Part shown: one piece after another, positions 20,248 to 29,763 of the stretch | Position numbering within the stretch: position 1 is the first letter of the stretch | Layout: each line of letters starts with the position of its first letter | Source of the DNA: a virus | Length of the DNA: 64,000 nt | Virus record (IMG/VR): IMGVR_UViG_3300008735_000002 | Coordinates: 55,016-119,015 of that record | Reading direction: 5' to 3' (one strand) | Program-made: the position numbers and the translations under genes | Notes under the pieces: model-generated | The model's input: the letters and a program-made list of their open reading frames with translations, nothing else | What the model was told of the DNA's origin: nothing | Databases searched by the model: none

Positions 20248-20512
20248 CTATGTGAATCTACGTAATTTTGCTGGAACTTGTGACCTATATCTTCCCATCA
20301 TCGCTCTTGCGTCAGGGGAATTTTGGTGTGCCGCGTGGGTTGATTGGTTCTTGTTAGATTTCTTTATCTCATCGTTGAGTCGCCGAATGAACCAATGTCG
20401 AATCCACACGGGGACGTTGTAGGCTTCTATATACGAGAAGCCCATATAGTACATCAGCAGAAATATCTGCTCTAAATAGAACTCTTTTGTACTATGAGTC
20501 AGGCCAAAAAAA
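20248..20512 (-). CDS. Putative frameshift extension of the tail assembly chaperone (lambda T-like); ORF-track ATG at 20454
   Basis: The frame is open from the T7 run at 20506-20512 (FGLTHSTKEFYLEQIFLLMYYMGFSY...) to the stop at 20248. There is no clear RBS before ATG 20454. Confidence 0.6.
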
Positions 20513-21343
20513 CGCCGCCCCCAGGGGCAGTCTAACCTCCGAGTGCTCTAGACATGCTGGACAATCCATCCAGGCCTTCATATCTATACCCGGCTCGTTT
20601 TTATCAATATGCTTGCGCAAAAACAACGAATCTCTTGCGGGCAGACTAGAGGCGAACATATCGAGCTTCGTGCGATCTGTCACGCCATTTACAGCGACAA
20701 TGGAGTATCTCAATCTTTGTGTTACAAGATTCTCTGAACGTTGTCCCTGCTTCTTACGGCGCTCTGACGCCGTCATAATATCTTGTTCATCAGTACCAGT
20801 AAGAAGCTTAAAACGGCACTTCGCTTTAGTCACAGGAAGCTTAACCTCAAAAATATTCGTTCCATTTGTAATTGGATCAATTTCCAACCGCTTAATCGGA
20901 AGTTCACCCAGATTAAAAGATTGCTTTGAGCGCTCACTGCATGCTGGACAATCAACCTCTACGTTATAATCAGCGCCGTAGCCTGTCACACGTAGAGCAA
21001 CCATCAGGGCATTTCTATCCCCAGCGAGCATTGAGTCTGGATCGACTCTCTTATCAATCATACACGACTTGATGAGATGACTTATTACTGTCCCTTTCTT
21101 GATTAGGGCTTTTGAAGTAAGAATATCTTCTTCTCGAGCCGTCATCGCTCGAATCTCAACAGTATTTTTTCCGGAGAGGGGGTGATCAGCATCATAACAC
21201 TTTCCACCCGACGGTAGCGGTACCGTCTCTACAGGAATTTCAAAGCCAAAATCATCTTTCATAACATTTCTGGCTGGCATGTGCTCTTTCATCGAACCAA
21301 ATATTTCACTTCGTTCGGTGGGACCACCTTTTTCAGTTGACAT
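20492..21343 (-). CDS. Tail/baseplate assembly chaperone (T4 gp26-like N-terminus, CxxC pairs)
   Basis: LPSGGKCY, IRAMTAREEDIL, two CPAC motifs, ends FFWPDS. Lies between tube and tape measure. Confidence 0.65.
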   Translation of the reverse strand: MSTEKGGPTERSEIFGSMKEHMPARNVMKDDFGFEIPVETVPLPSGGKCYDADHPLSGKNTVEIRAMTAREEDILTSKALIKKGTVISHLIKSCMIDKRVDPDSMLAGDRNALMVALRVTGYGADYNVEVDCPACSERSKQSFNLGELPIKRLEIDPITNGTNIFEVKLPVTKAKCRFKLLTGTDEQDIMTASERRKKQGQRSENLVTQRLRYSIVAVNGVTDRTKLDMFASSLPARDSLFLRKHIDKNEPGIDMKAWMDCPACLEHSEVRLPLGAAFFWPDS

Positions 21344-21417
21344 ACGTACACCTCATATTAGTTTCCAACATTATGATTATCTTAAACCGGGGAGGTGGGG
21401 TGTAAAACAAACCACAT

Positions 21418-21447
21418 AAAAAAAGAGCGCGGTAAACCGCGCTCTTT
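21418..21447 (-). terminator. Intrinsic terminator after the tail tube gene
   Basis: AAAGAGCGCGG-TTTA-CCGCGCTCTTT hairpin running into a T7 tract on the minus strand. Confidence 0.85.
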
Positions 21448-21468
21448 AATAGGAAGTAAATGTAATGA

Positions 21469-21957
21469 TCAGTATTGAAGCACGCAATTATCAAAACGGA
21501 TTGACAATGCAATTTCAGCAGGGTCTTCCGAGCCGTAATCCAAATCACCGAAACCGGCTGATGTGAGGAAACAACCCTTCATATCCCAGAGTTCTACCAC
21601 GGTCCCTACGGGATCGAGAAGCTTTAACTGGCAGTCGCGCTTGTAAAAGTCAGCATAACCACCGCGACCTGATACAGACTCATAGTGGGTACGAACCCAT
21701 TCCATGACCTGCTGTGCGCCCGAAGGAGCAATAGGATCGTGTAGTGTTACTGACAGAGCGTCGAACTTCGTCTTACCTGCAATAAAGCGGGTAGAGTTAA
21801 TAAAGGGAATTTCAACCTCAGCGGTGTTCATTGTGGGACGAGCGGCCGTCTTGATCAAAAATGCGTCAATACCTTCGATTGCGAACACCCATCTGAATTT
21901 TCTTTTGGGCTCAAACTTGTTCGGCAACATATCGGTAACTGATAGTGTTTCTGGCAT
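21469..21957 (-). CDS. g19: Tail tube protein (T4 gp19-like)
   Basis: 162 aa: FEPKRKFRW, AARPTM...EIPFIN...AGK, VMEWVR, WDMKGCF...GDLDY, LSIRFD. Follows the sheath genes. Confidence 0.88.
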   Translation of the reverse strand: MPETLSVTDMLPNKFEPKRKFRWVFAIEGIDAFLIKTAARPTMNTAEVEIPFINSTRFIAGKTKFDALSVTLHDPIAPSGAQQVMEWVRTHYESVSGRGGYADFYKRDCQLKLLDPVGTVVELWDMKGCFLTSAGFGDLDYGSEDPAEIALSIRFDNCVLQY

Positions 21958-21981
21958 TTTATCTTACTCCTTGTTCTTATC

Positions 21982-21988
21982 TAACTAT
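21982..21988 (-). promoter_or_regulatory. Putative late-promoter motif ATAGTTA
   Basis: The same 7-mer lies shortly upstream of the start codon of tube, both sheaths, the gp13-like neck gene and the 85-aa gene. Confidence 0.45.
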
Positions 21989-22000
21989 ATAGTTCTTGGA

Positions 22001-25000
22001 TTAAATGTCCATACCGGCGTTAGTTACCACAAAATCTAGTGATATAAACTCGACTGAACGAACAGGCTGTAAGAAGATCTTACCTCGTACCGTGTTATTT
22101 TCCACGTCAGCCTGGGTGGTTGTGGTTGCATCAATCTGCACCTTGAATCTTTCAAGACCCTGCTGCTGCTGAATTCTACCTAATATTGGATTAACAGCAG
22201 CTGAGAATCTTGCTAGGGTAGCTTCTCTATTCGGCTCGAAGAGGAATGTGTTTCCAATCGCTCTTACCTGACGACGAATGTCGATGAGTAGTCTTCGAAC
22301 ATTAACTCGGTCCAACGCGCTCTGCGCGGCGAGTAATGTTTTCTGGCCGAATACCATAACTTCCTTAGATTGTGGGAACGCTGTGATAGGATTGATATCA
22401 GCATCATAAAGAGCGTCGAGGTTAGTCCTATTAAGCTTTACTTGACTTTCGGTAACATTCTTTAGTGCTCCTCGGGTGAAGCCAGCGGGGGCAAACCAAG
22501 GATACGCAACCTGATCATTGAGACCAAATGCCCCGAGAACCGCAACACTTGGGGGTGCAACAACAGTCTGTCCGGTTGCAACCTCTGTCATCAGTACATC
22601 AGGAAAGTACGCTGCTGCGAATGAAGAATCCAAGTTTCTACTCGTGAATGCAGTCACAGTATTTGTCACGCTAATCAGGTCGGAAGAACCAGTCACAATA
22701 TTACCTAGATTATTCTGCGCTTCAATATCCATTAGATACATCGCATCAAAGCGATCCTCAACAGTCGTAATCGCGTAATCAGTAACAGACGAATGACGGA
22801 TACCTGGAATAGCAAGAAGCTGGATATTCACGTCTGAGCGCTCTTCAAGGATGTCTAGAGCCTTACGATACGCTGCAACTGTAGGTCCATTTGTCTCGCC
22901 CTGGTTGGAATCGTCCATCTCTCTCTTGCAGGCAGTTGAAGACATTGTTGCCTTTTCTTTATCGAGGATATTCAACCCATCGAAACCGCCCTGAGCGATA
23001 AACGTATATTTCAAGAATCTTCTTGCTGAGGATAGACCGAAGTCCTTCGATACAGAAAGCAACCTTGTAGAAGACGAAGAGCTTCCGTCAATATCATTCA
23101 TCGTGCTGGCGGCCACACCCGTTCTCTTGTAGGTAGCAGCTGCCCACTGATTCGCATCAGCTTGGTCAGACGTGGTGGTAATAACCTGGATATTCTCTAA
23201 GGTAAACTTATTGTTGTTGAATCTATCAGAGTCAAGAATGGTGCCACCGCTATCAGCTGTTCCAGCATTGTCTCCGACCATCGCAGGACGATAAGTCTGG
23301 TGATAGTTGGGGAAGTACTTCGAGAATGAATCCATCTGAGCATCGTTCACTGTACTCTCATTCGGAGTTGCGACGCGCATCTTCTTTTCAAACTGAACTC
23401 CCCAGTAAAGATTACCAGCCAGTTTCTTCTTAGGTGCTTCACCCTTAGAAACGCTAGCACGGAATGGAACAGGGGGCTGCACAATACCAAGCGAAGGATA
23501 TGATCCAATTCCTACCGCGAAGTCCGCAGAGTCTACCTTGAAGATTGCAGAAGCCGATGTGACCAAGTGTTGAATTCCACGGAAACCGCATGGGAGAGCA
23601 GTCGCTGGAATCTGTCCCTTATCAAGAGCATCAACTGGATCGATTCGGATGTAGTTAGACTTATTGGGGTATGATCCCTCAACAACGAGCTTCTGTGAAC
23701 CGGCACGCTTGTCGAAATCGTAGAAAAGATAATAATCACCGATCACTCTAGCGACATACCTCTCATCTAGAGGATTAAGAGAAAGCTTGGGGAACTTCTC
23801 AATAACTTGTGGAAGGTCGTCTGTGTCGTTATAGTCACGTACAAGTAGATCGAACGTTCCAAATTTGTTGTTAATGTTGGTAGACTTGACGATATTCTCA
23901 ATAGAGATCTTAATTCTCTTATTTCCTATCGCACCATCATCAAGGCAGTGCACAGAAAATAGGTCCTTCGGCTTACCACCGAACGCTTGAGATATAACCT
24001 TCGGAGTCTTAGCAGTCCGGAAACGATCACTAAACCCTTCAAAGTCAGGGATCGTTGCAGACCCAGCTCCACGTCCTGCTGACGAAGTTACGAGGAATGC
24101 GATATCTTCATACTTTATACTCTTCCCAGCAATAGTTCCATTAACGGTGGGGTTGTAATTGTAGGACATTAGCGCCGAACCTGTCGGGACTGCCATGTTG
24201 GGGAAGATGTCGTAGTGAGCGTATAGAAGGTGACCAGCTTTCTGGGATAACGTCGGATCAGTATTTAATACGTTCGCAAAATAGTTGGGGGCAAGAGGAT
24301 CAAAAGACGCAGTTATTACTGTAGGATATGAATCAGTGTGAGTATGACCATTTAATAGAAGCACAAACTCCTGCTTTCCACCAGCGATATCAACAGCACC
24401 CAGAGTTGAACCCGCATCGTCTCCTGCCGCGGAACCGAATGATTCTCTGCAAGCGTAATTAAGAGCCGTAGGAGATCCAAGCGGAGTGTTATTACCACTG
24501 AAATTTCCGCCGCCATGAAAACCAGTTGTTGTCGCTCTTGAAGCGCTTAACGCTGGTAGTACTCCAGAAGGAGCCATAAGGACCCCTCGAAGGACGGGTT
24601 GTGATGCCTTAAGACCAGCGTTTGTGAAGAGGCCCGAACTGTTCTGTTCTGCCATACAAACCGCGAGGAACGAAGTTCTTCCCAAGCCGCCGTTCTGCGT
24701 CGCCGCTGGTGCTGTTCCAGCAAAAGCATTTTGTCCAAGGATTCCATTCGCCTTTGGCAGCTGCTGACCGACGGTGAAGCCGGCATTAGTAACAGAACCG
24801 TTTGTATTACGCTTCTTACCGTCACCGATACCAAGCGTACGCAAGTAGGTTCCAGCCTGAGCATATGTCAGCCATTGCCTCATAGCCATCGGCCCAAATT
24901 TTGTACCGTCTGTATTGCCGAATTCAGCAATAAAATCGGCAAAAGTTGCCATTGTAATCGGAACGAAAGCACGTCCCTGATCAGCCATGCCAATGACTCC

Positions 25001-25093
25001 GGCAGGTGTTCCCGAGGGTCCCACTGATGTTGGACCGGAAAGGTCTATTTCTCTGGTAGAAACGCCCGGGCTCTTAAATGTAAGTTCAGCCAT
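22001..25093 (-). CDS. g18: Contractile tail sheath protein, copy B (T4 gp18-like)
   Basis: FKSPGVSTREID, N-terminal FADFIAEFG, PWFAPAGFTRG, ALDRVNVRRLL, FEPN, PVRSVEFISLDF. Confidence 0.93.
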   Translation of the reverse strand: MAELTFKSPGVSTREIDLSGPTSVGPSGTPAGVIGMADQGRAFVPITMATFADFIAEFGNTDGTKFGPMAMRQWLTYAQAGTYLRTLGIGDGKKRNTNGSVTNAGFTVGQQLPKANGILGQNAFAGTAPAATQNGGLGRTSFLAVCMAEQNSSGLFTNAGLKASQPVLRGVLMAPSGVLPALSASRATTTGFHGGGNFSGNNTPLGSPTALNYACRESFGSAAGDDAGSTLGAVDIAGGKQEFVLLLNGHTHTDSYPTVITASFDPLAPNYFANVLNTDPTLSQKAGHLLYAHYDIFPNMAVPTGSALMSYNYNPTVNGTIAGKSIKYEDIAFLVTSSAGRGAGSATIPDFEGFSDRFRTAKTPKVISQAFGGKPKDLFSVHCLDDGAIGNKRIKISIENIVKSTNINNKFGTFDLLVRDYNDTDDLPQVIEKFPKLSLNPLDERYVARVIGDYYLFYDFDKRAGSQKLVVEGSYPNKSNYIRIDPVDALDKGQIPATALPCGFRGIQHLVTSASAIFKVDSADFAVGIGSYPSLGIVQPPVPFRASVSKGEAPKKKLAGNLYWGVQFEKKMRVATPNESTVNDAQMDSFSKYFPNYHQTYRPAMVGDNAGTADSGGTILDSDRFNNNKFTLENIQVITTTSDQADANQWAAATYKRTGVAASTMNDIDGSSSSSTRLLSVSKDFGLSSARRFLKYTFIAQGGFDGLNILDKEKATMSSTACKREMDDSNQGETNGPTVAAYRKALDILEERSDVNIQLLAIPGIRHSSVTDYAITTVEDRFDAMYLMDIEAQNNLGNIVTGSSDLISVTNTVTAFTSRNLDSSFAAAYFPDVLMTEVATGQTVVAPPSVAVLGAFGLNDQVAYPWFAPAGFTRGALKNVTESQVKLNRTNLDALYDADINPITAFPQSKEVMVFGQKTLLAAQSALDRVNVRRLLIDIRRQVRAIGNTFLFEPNREATLARFSAAVNPILGRIQQQQGLERFKVQIDATTTTQADVENNTVRGKIFLQPVRSVEFISLDFVVTNAGMDI

Positions 25094-25120
25094 TTGAAAT
25101 AATCTCCTGTATTCTTTTCC

Positions 25121-25127
25121 TAACTAT
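25121..25127 (-). promoter_or_regulatory. Putative late-promoter motif ATAGTTA
   Basis: Upstream of the AGGAG RBS of sheath B. Confidence 0.45.
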
Positions 25128-25128
25128 A

Positions 25129-28100
25129 TTAGTCAAACGATACGCCGCTGTTTGTTATGATAAAATCAATCGCAATAAATTCGATTGCTCTTGTCGGTAC
25201 GACGACGATGCGACCATTCAAGCGATTGTTCTCAACATCTTCCACTGAATTATTTGAACCATCCATGACCACCTGGAAGGATTCAATCCCTTGTTGTGAT
25301 TGGATCGTGGCAAGTAGCGGAGTAACTTGATTGATAAAACGTGCCCTTGTAGCATCTGTGTTGGGCTCAAACAATAATCTGTCTGCAACGCCCACAACTT
25401 GTCTCTTGACTTCAAGTAGCATTCTTCTAACATTCACTCTGTCAAGAGCAGACTTCGCCATTTGACATGTCTTCTGACCAAAGATAACGAAGCTTCCATC
25501 CGAGAAGTTAGCAATCGGATTAATTCGTGCATCATAAAGATCATCTCTGTCAGCCGCTGAAAGTCTTACCTCAGTATTACTTACAATCCCTAGACCGCCT
25601 CGATTGAAGCCGGCGGGTGCGAACCATGGATAAGCTACCTTATCGTTATATCCAAGCGCCTGCATAACCGCGACGGAAGCGGGAACCTGAACCTTCGAGC
25701 TTGTATTAGAGTCTGTAATAAAGACGTCAGGGAAGTATGTCGCAGTGTAGTTGTTGTCGAACACTCTGCTCTCGAACTGTTCTGCTGTTTCTCTAACATC
25801 AGGTACAGAGTAAGACGCGCTAGCGATCAATGAACTATCTTCCATACCGAAGAGGCGTGTTTCGCTCTCTGTCCATGCAGGAATATCCATAACATACATC
25901 GCCATAGAATAGTCTCTAGTCTTCTCAGCCGCCCAATCTGTAACGAATGAATCTCTGATTCCAGGAATCGCAAGAATATTAATTCTAGTAGTCGTAGCGT
26001 CCGTCATAATCTCGGCAGCTTTACGATATGCAGCGATGCTATTGTTAAGTCGACCATCACCAGCTGGGTTAGATGCCATTCCGATTGTAGAGGCCTTGAA
26101 CTCATCAGAAGCCTTTCCAGTAAGACCACCAGAGCTAGCGTCGGTGGAGCTGGCCCTATCTGTCATATAGTACATGTCTTTATCAAGAATATTCACACCA
26201 TCAAATCCGCCGTAGAACGGAACGTTGAACGCAGTATACGAAGTAAACCTGTTGAACTTAACCGAGCTAGACTGAATTAGGGTCGCAAGTGAAACGCGAT
26301 AGTAATTCGACTTATCAGGATCTAGAATAGAATAATTCTGAGAATCGGGAACAGCTTCTCTTAAGTAGCAAGCTTCCTTGATGCTATCGGTAGCAGAAGC
26401 AGTTATATATTGGAGAAGTGTTGCGGCATTAGAGCCAATCTCTGCCAGAGCAACTCTTGCGAGCGTGAACTTATTACCATTGAACGCATCGGCCCCAGAA
26501 CCAGAAACCAACGTATCCAACTTCATGATGCCCTGGAACTTACCGTATGACTTAATCAACGGGTTAGGGATCGACGAAGCGTTAACATCAAGATTAGCAT
26601 TAGTCATGCTTCCAGTCTCTGGACATCTAGACCACTTAACACCCCAGTTCAATCGTTTATCAACAATTTCCGTAGAGCTGGGGTCGCCACTGAACCCAGA
26701 GTAATTGTTCTTTACAGCTCCACGTGTAAGCTTAAAGCGATACGGCAGTGGAGGAACAATCGATCCCGTTAATGGGGAGCGAACCCCGTCACCCCAAAGT
26801 CGTCCAGGGTTGGGGTCAGCAGCAGAGGCGTCTGTTGTTTTTGTGTTACCATATATGACGCCATTAACCTCAAGTCGAGAAAGACCATCAGTCAAGGTAT
26901 CATTTGTCTTAATAACTGGTACACCATTGAAGCCGAAAGGACATGCGTTCTTTGGAACATCACGCTTGTAGACCTTATCAGCGATCACAACTCTAACGAA
27001 GTTTGAAAGATTGGGATAACGACCTGTTACGACAATTCTCTTTTCAGCGTCATTATCAGCGTCAAAGTTATAACGAGCTTTGTAATCGCCAATTTTTCTT
27101 GCAACGAAGTTCTCGGATGAAGGATCAAGATTACACGCGGGATACGTCTCTAAAACCTGAGGCTGTAAGTCGGAATCATCAAATCTTCGTACCTGGACTT
27201 CAAACTCAGGATAAGGATAATTGTCATTCGTGGAAGCCCGCAGGTTACCAATGGTGATCTTTACCTTATCATTTCCATATGTTCCATCGGAAAGAGACTC
27301 AAAGTACATAAGAGCGTATTCTTGCCCACCGTAAGGCTGCGAGAATATCTGGGGTGTTCGTGCTGTGGCGTATCTCGTGTCAAAGCGGCCGAATGAAGAT
27401 AGTGCATATCTATCGGCGCCGGCTAGCGCATTCGCCAGATTAGAGGTAGAACCAGAAAGTAATCCAACGGGATACACATCCGGACTTGAACTTTGATCGA
27501 TACTAGCTAGCTCATCTTCAACAGCAAAGTCAAGATACAGCAGATGCTGGTGCTCATAAAACTTAAGGGGATCGGTATTCAGGACATTTGTAATATACGC
27601 TTCATCAGAAGGATCAAGCGATGCTGTCATGATTCGAACACCAGGAAGACTATTAATTTCGTTTGTGTAAGCTCCGCCTCGTGAGGAAGAAACGACCAGC
27701 CCAAAATACTTGTTGTTCGTAGATCTCTGAACTCTGGCAAGAGAATCAAGCGTGTTAGACCAGGCCTCTGCTGTATTCGAAGTATTCGGTACATCCATAA
27801 TCTGCATCCGGCTACCAGACGCGGTGAACATGACTGCTCGAACAAGGTTTACTGTGTCTCCACCGCTCGAATTGAATGATGGGTTATCCACGAACTGTGG
27901 GAAGGAATAGTCAGCTGATGCTGATACGTAGTGCCTCGCAACAAGGAATTGGACACAACTATCTGAATATTGTCCGTCTGTAACTGCTCCAAGTTTGTCA
28001 ATGTTCCATTGAGAAAGCTTGGGTGCTATCTTAAACCCTGCGTTCTTTACTGTTCCATACTTGAGGGTATTGTTAAGATCGGTAGTTGTTTCATTAGCGC

Positions 28101-28365
28101 CAGCGCCCAACACTCTCATGTATGTTAGGGCAGTCTTGTTGCTCAAGAAAGCCTGGACTGCGTATGGACCGAATCTGTTCGTATCAATATCACCAAACTT
28201 GTTAATGAAGTCAGTCATGCTCCCTACCGTTACTGGTACGAAGGCAGGACCTTTTTCTGCTGTACCAACAACACCTGCTGGTACACCTACTATTTCGGTT
28301 GTTCTCGCTGTAGCGTCAATTTCACGCTCGAAAAAACCTGGGGATCTAAATGTTTGCTCTGCCAT
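25129..28365 (-). CDS. g18: Contractile tail sheath protein, copy A (T4 gp18-like)
   Basis: FRSPGFFEREID, PWFAPAGFNRG, ALDRVNVRRML, FEPN, PTRAIEFIAIDF. Start placed at ATG 28365 (AGGAG RBS), matching the paralog's N-terminus. Confidence 0.93.
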   Translation of the reverse strand: MAEQTFRSPGFFEREIDATARTTEIVGVPAGVVGTAEKGPAFVPVTVGSMTDFINKFGDIDTNRFGPYAVQAFLSNKTALTYMRVLGAGANETTTDLNNTLKYGTVKNAGFKIAPKLSQWNIDKLGAVTDGQYSDSCVQFLVARHYVSASADYSFPQFVDNPSFNSSGGDTVNLVRAVMFTASGSRMQIMDVPNTSNTAEAWSNTLDSLARVQRSTNNKYFGLVVSSSRGGAYTNEINSLPGVRIMTASLDPSDEAYITNVLNTDPLKFYEHQHLLYLDFAVEDELASIDQSSSPDVYPVGLLSGSTSNLANALAGADRYALSSFGRFDTRYATARTPQIFSQPYGGQEYALMYFESLSDGTYGNDKVKITIGNLRASTNDNYPYPEFEVQVRRFDDSDLQPQVLETYPACNLDPSSENFVARKIGDYKARYNFDADNDAEKRIVVTGRYPNLSNFVRVVIADKVYKRDVPKNACPFGFNGVPVIKTNDTLTDGLSRLEVNGVIYGNTKTTDASAADPNPGRLWGDGVRSPLTGSIVPPLPYRFKLTRGAVKNNYSGFSGDPSSTEIVDKRLNWGVKWSRCPETGSMTNANLDVNASSIPNPLIKSYGKFQGIMKLDTLVSGSGADAFNGNKFTLARVALAEIGSNAATLLQYITASATDSIKEACYLREAVPDSQNYSILDPDKSNYYRVSLATLIQSSSVKFNRFTSYTAFNVPFYGGFDGVNILDKDMYYMTDRASSTDASSGGLTGKASDEFKASTIGMASNPAGDGRLNNSIAAYRKAAEIMTDATTTRINILAIPGIRDSFVTDWAAEKTRDYSMAMYVMDIPAWTESETRLFGMEDSSLIASASYSVPDVRETAEQFESRVFDNNYTATYFPDVFITDSNTSSKVQVPASVAVMQALGYNDKVAYPWFAPAGFNRGGLGIVSNTEVRLSAADRDDLYDARINPIANFSDGSFVIFGQKTCQMAKSALDRVNVRRMLLEVKRQVVGVADRLLFEPNTDATRARFINQVTPLLATIQSQQGIESFQVVMDGSNNSVEDVENNRLNGRIVVVPTRAIEFIAIDFIITNSGVSFD

Positions 28366-28398
28366 GAGTTGGGTCTCCTGGATCTTCTTTGTCACAAA

Positions 28399-28405
28399 TA
28401 ACTAT
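28399..28405 (-). promoter_or_regulatory. Putative late-promoter motif ATAGTTA
   Basis: Upstream of the RBS of sheath A. Confidence 0.45.
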
Positions 28406-28439
28406 TTCGTACGATGCCTAAATGTCTTATATCGACCTA

Positions 28440-29762
28440 TCAATCTTTAAGGAGTTTTCCAAGATCAATAGCAATGCCACTTGGGGACTTCTTACTAAAC
28501 TTAAAAACAGCCTCTCCGTTCTTCGGGTCTGCACTAGAAATTATAATTTCGATGTGCTCCTTCTCCCCTGTAAAAGGGTTGATATTTGTAATTATAGTCG
28601 TCGGACGCGTTAAACTCGTTGAGCCAGCAATATTGGCTGCAGACTGTCCTCCGATCTCTAATGTGGGAGTACCTGGAAAGCCAGTAATTATTCCGGTTCC
28701 TACGCCAATTCCCGCTGGGGGCACTCCCTCATCTAAAGGCATGATGTCTGTTAAAATCCAGTCAGCAGGGTTTCCGGAAGGAATTCCAGCGGGTGGGGGA
28801 CCAGTAGGAACACCACCGATGGTTTGAGAAGCGTCGAACGAAACGTCTGGAGACGAAACGGTTCGCCTGAATGGCACGGGCATGCCGGGCTCTTGGGCAG
28901 CCACCATATAAGCAGCAACGCTCATCGAGAAGCTATACTTGACTAATCTTTCTACGTCTGTAAAATCATCAAAATTATTCTGCGGTGTTAACGCGGCGTC
29001 GACAAATGCAGTAAATCGATAGCCGTCTTCAGTCTCAATCACGAATGTTCTTCTTCTATTTTCGACATATCCGTTCATCATTACATTAATGAGAGAATTC
29101 ATTTCTTGCGTGTACTGTGTCCAGAAAGTTATTTCATATGATGCCGTGTATTGCTTGATCGGTGGAATTTGAATGGTTTCGATTAGGTTACTTGATATTG
29201 ACGGCGTTAATACAGTCCCAAGACGACTAGATACAGAAACAGGTGGAGCTGCTCTTCTTGTAGCCAGGCGGCCGCCTGTAGTTCCGCCACCGTCTCCATC
29301 AGCAAGTTTATCGTATGCACTAATAACTATTTCATCCGAATTCTTAAATAGATGATTATTTTTAAGACGCTGATATCTTAAATCGTCTTTGCTTAACCTA
29401 ACTTTTACTGTTATCGGTCCACCCTGAAATTGTGCGGCTCCCTTTGCACTTTCTTGATCGATACCAGTTCTAATCACAGATATGAGTGGTAGTATCAATG
29501 CACCAGCCTTATCTCTAAGGGGCCTATTTCTAGCTAATAACGCAAAACGTTCACCTGTTGCGAAAATAACTGGAACTCGTTTAAGCTGGTCTTTGCGCTT
29601 ATAAAATAATGGAAGCTCTTTATTGAAGAGATTAAAAACTCCTCTATCTACATCTTCGATCGTACATGACGGCATAAAGAAATCATCGGCAACATCCTCA
29701 TTCGTGTAGCCAGTTTCAACTCTCTCGTACGCACCCTTGGTTATAGAATATCGTGTTGCCAT
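28440..29762 (-). CDS. Tail completion / sheath stabiliser (T4 gp15-like)
   Basis: Position between neck and sheath. VPVIFATGER, LPLISVIRTGI, YEITFWTQY...MNSL...FDDF..ERL.KY.F. Confidence 0.6.
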   Translation of the reverse strand: MATRYSITKGAYERVETGYTNEDVADDFFMPSCTIEDVDRGVFNLFNKELPLFYKRKDQLKRVPVIFATGERFALLARNRPLRDKAGALILPLISVIRTGIDQESAKGAAQFQGGPITVKVRLSKDDLRYQRLKNNHLFKNSDEIVISAYDKLADGDGGGTTGGRLATRRAAPPVSVSSRLGTVLTPSISSNLIETIQIPPIKQYTASYEITFWTQYTQEMNSLINVMMNGYVENRRRTFVIETEDGYRFTAFVDAALTPQNNFDDFTDVERLVKYSFSMSVAAYMVAAQEPGMPVPFRRTVSSPDVSFDASQTIGGVPTGPPPAGIPSGNPADWILTDIMPLDEGVPPAGIGVGTGIITGFPGTPTLEIGGQSAANIAGSTSLTRPTTIITNINPFTGEKEHIEIIISSADPKNGEAVFKFSKKSPSGIAIDLGKLLKD

Positions 29763-29763
29763 A

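Noticed and set aside
21379-21406. Possible sigma70 promoter TTTACA-N16-TAAGAT before the chaperone
   Set aside because: Weak -10 and suboptimal spacing; not distinguishable from chance.
7300-28395. Extracellular contractile injection system or tailocin rather than a phage
   Set aside because: Capsid, portal, protease, terminase and replication genes are in the same co-oriented block.
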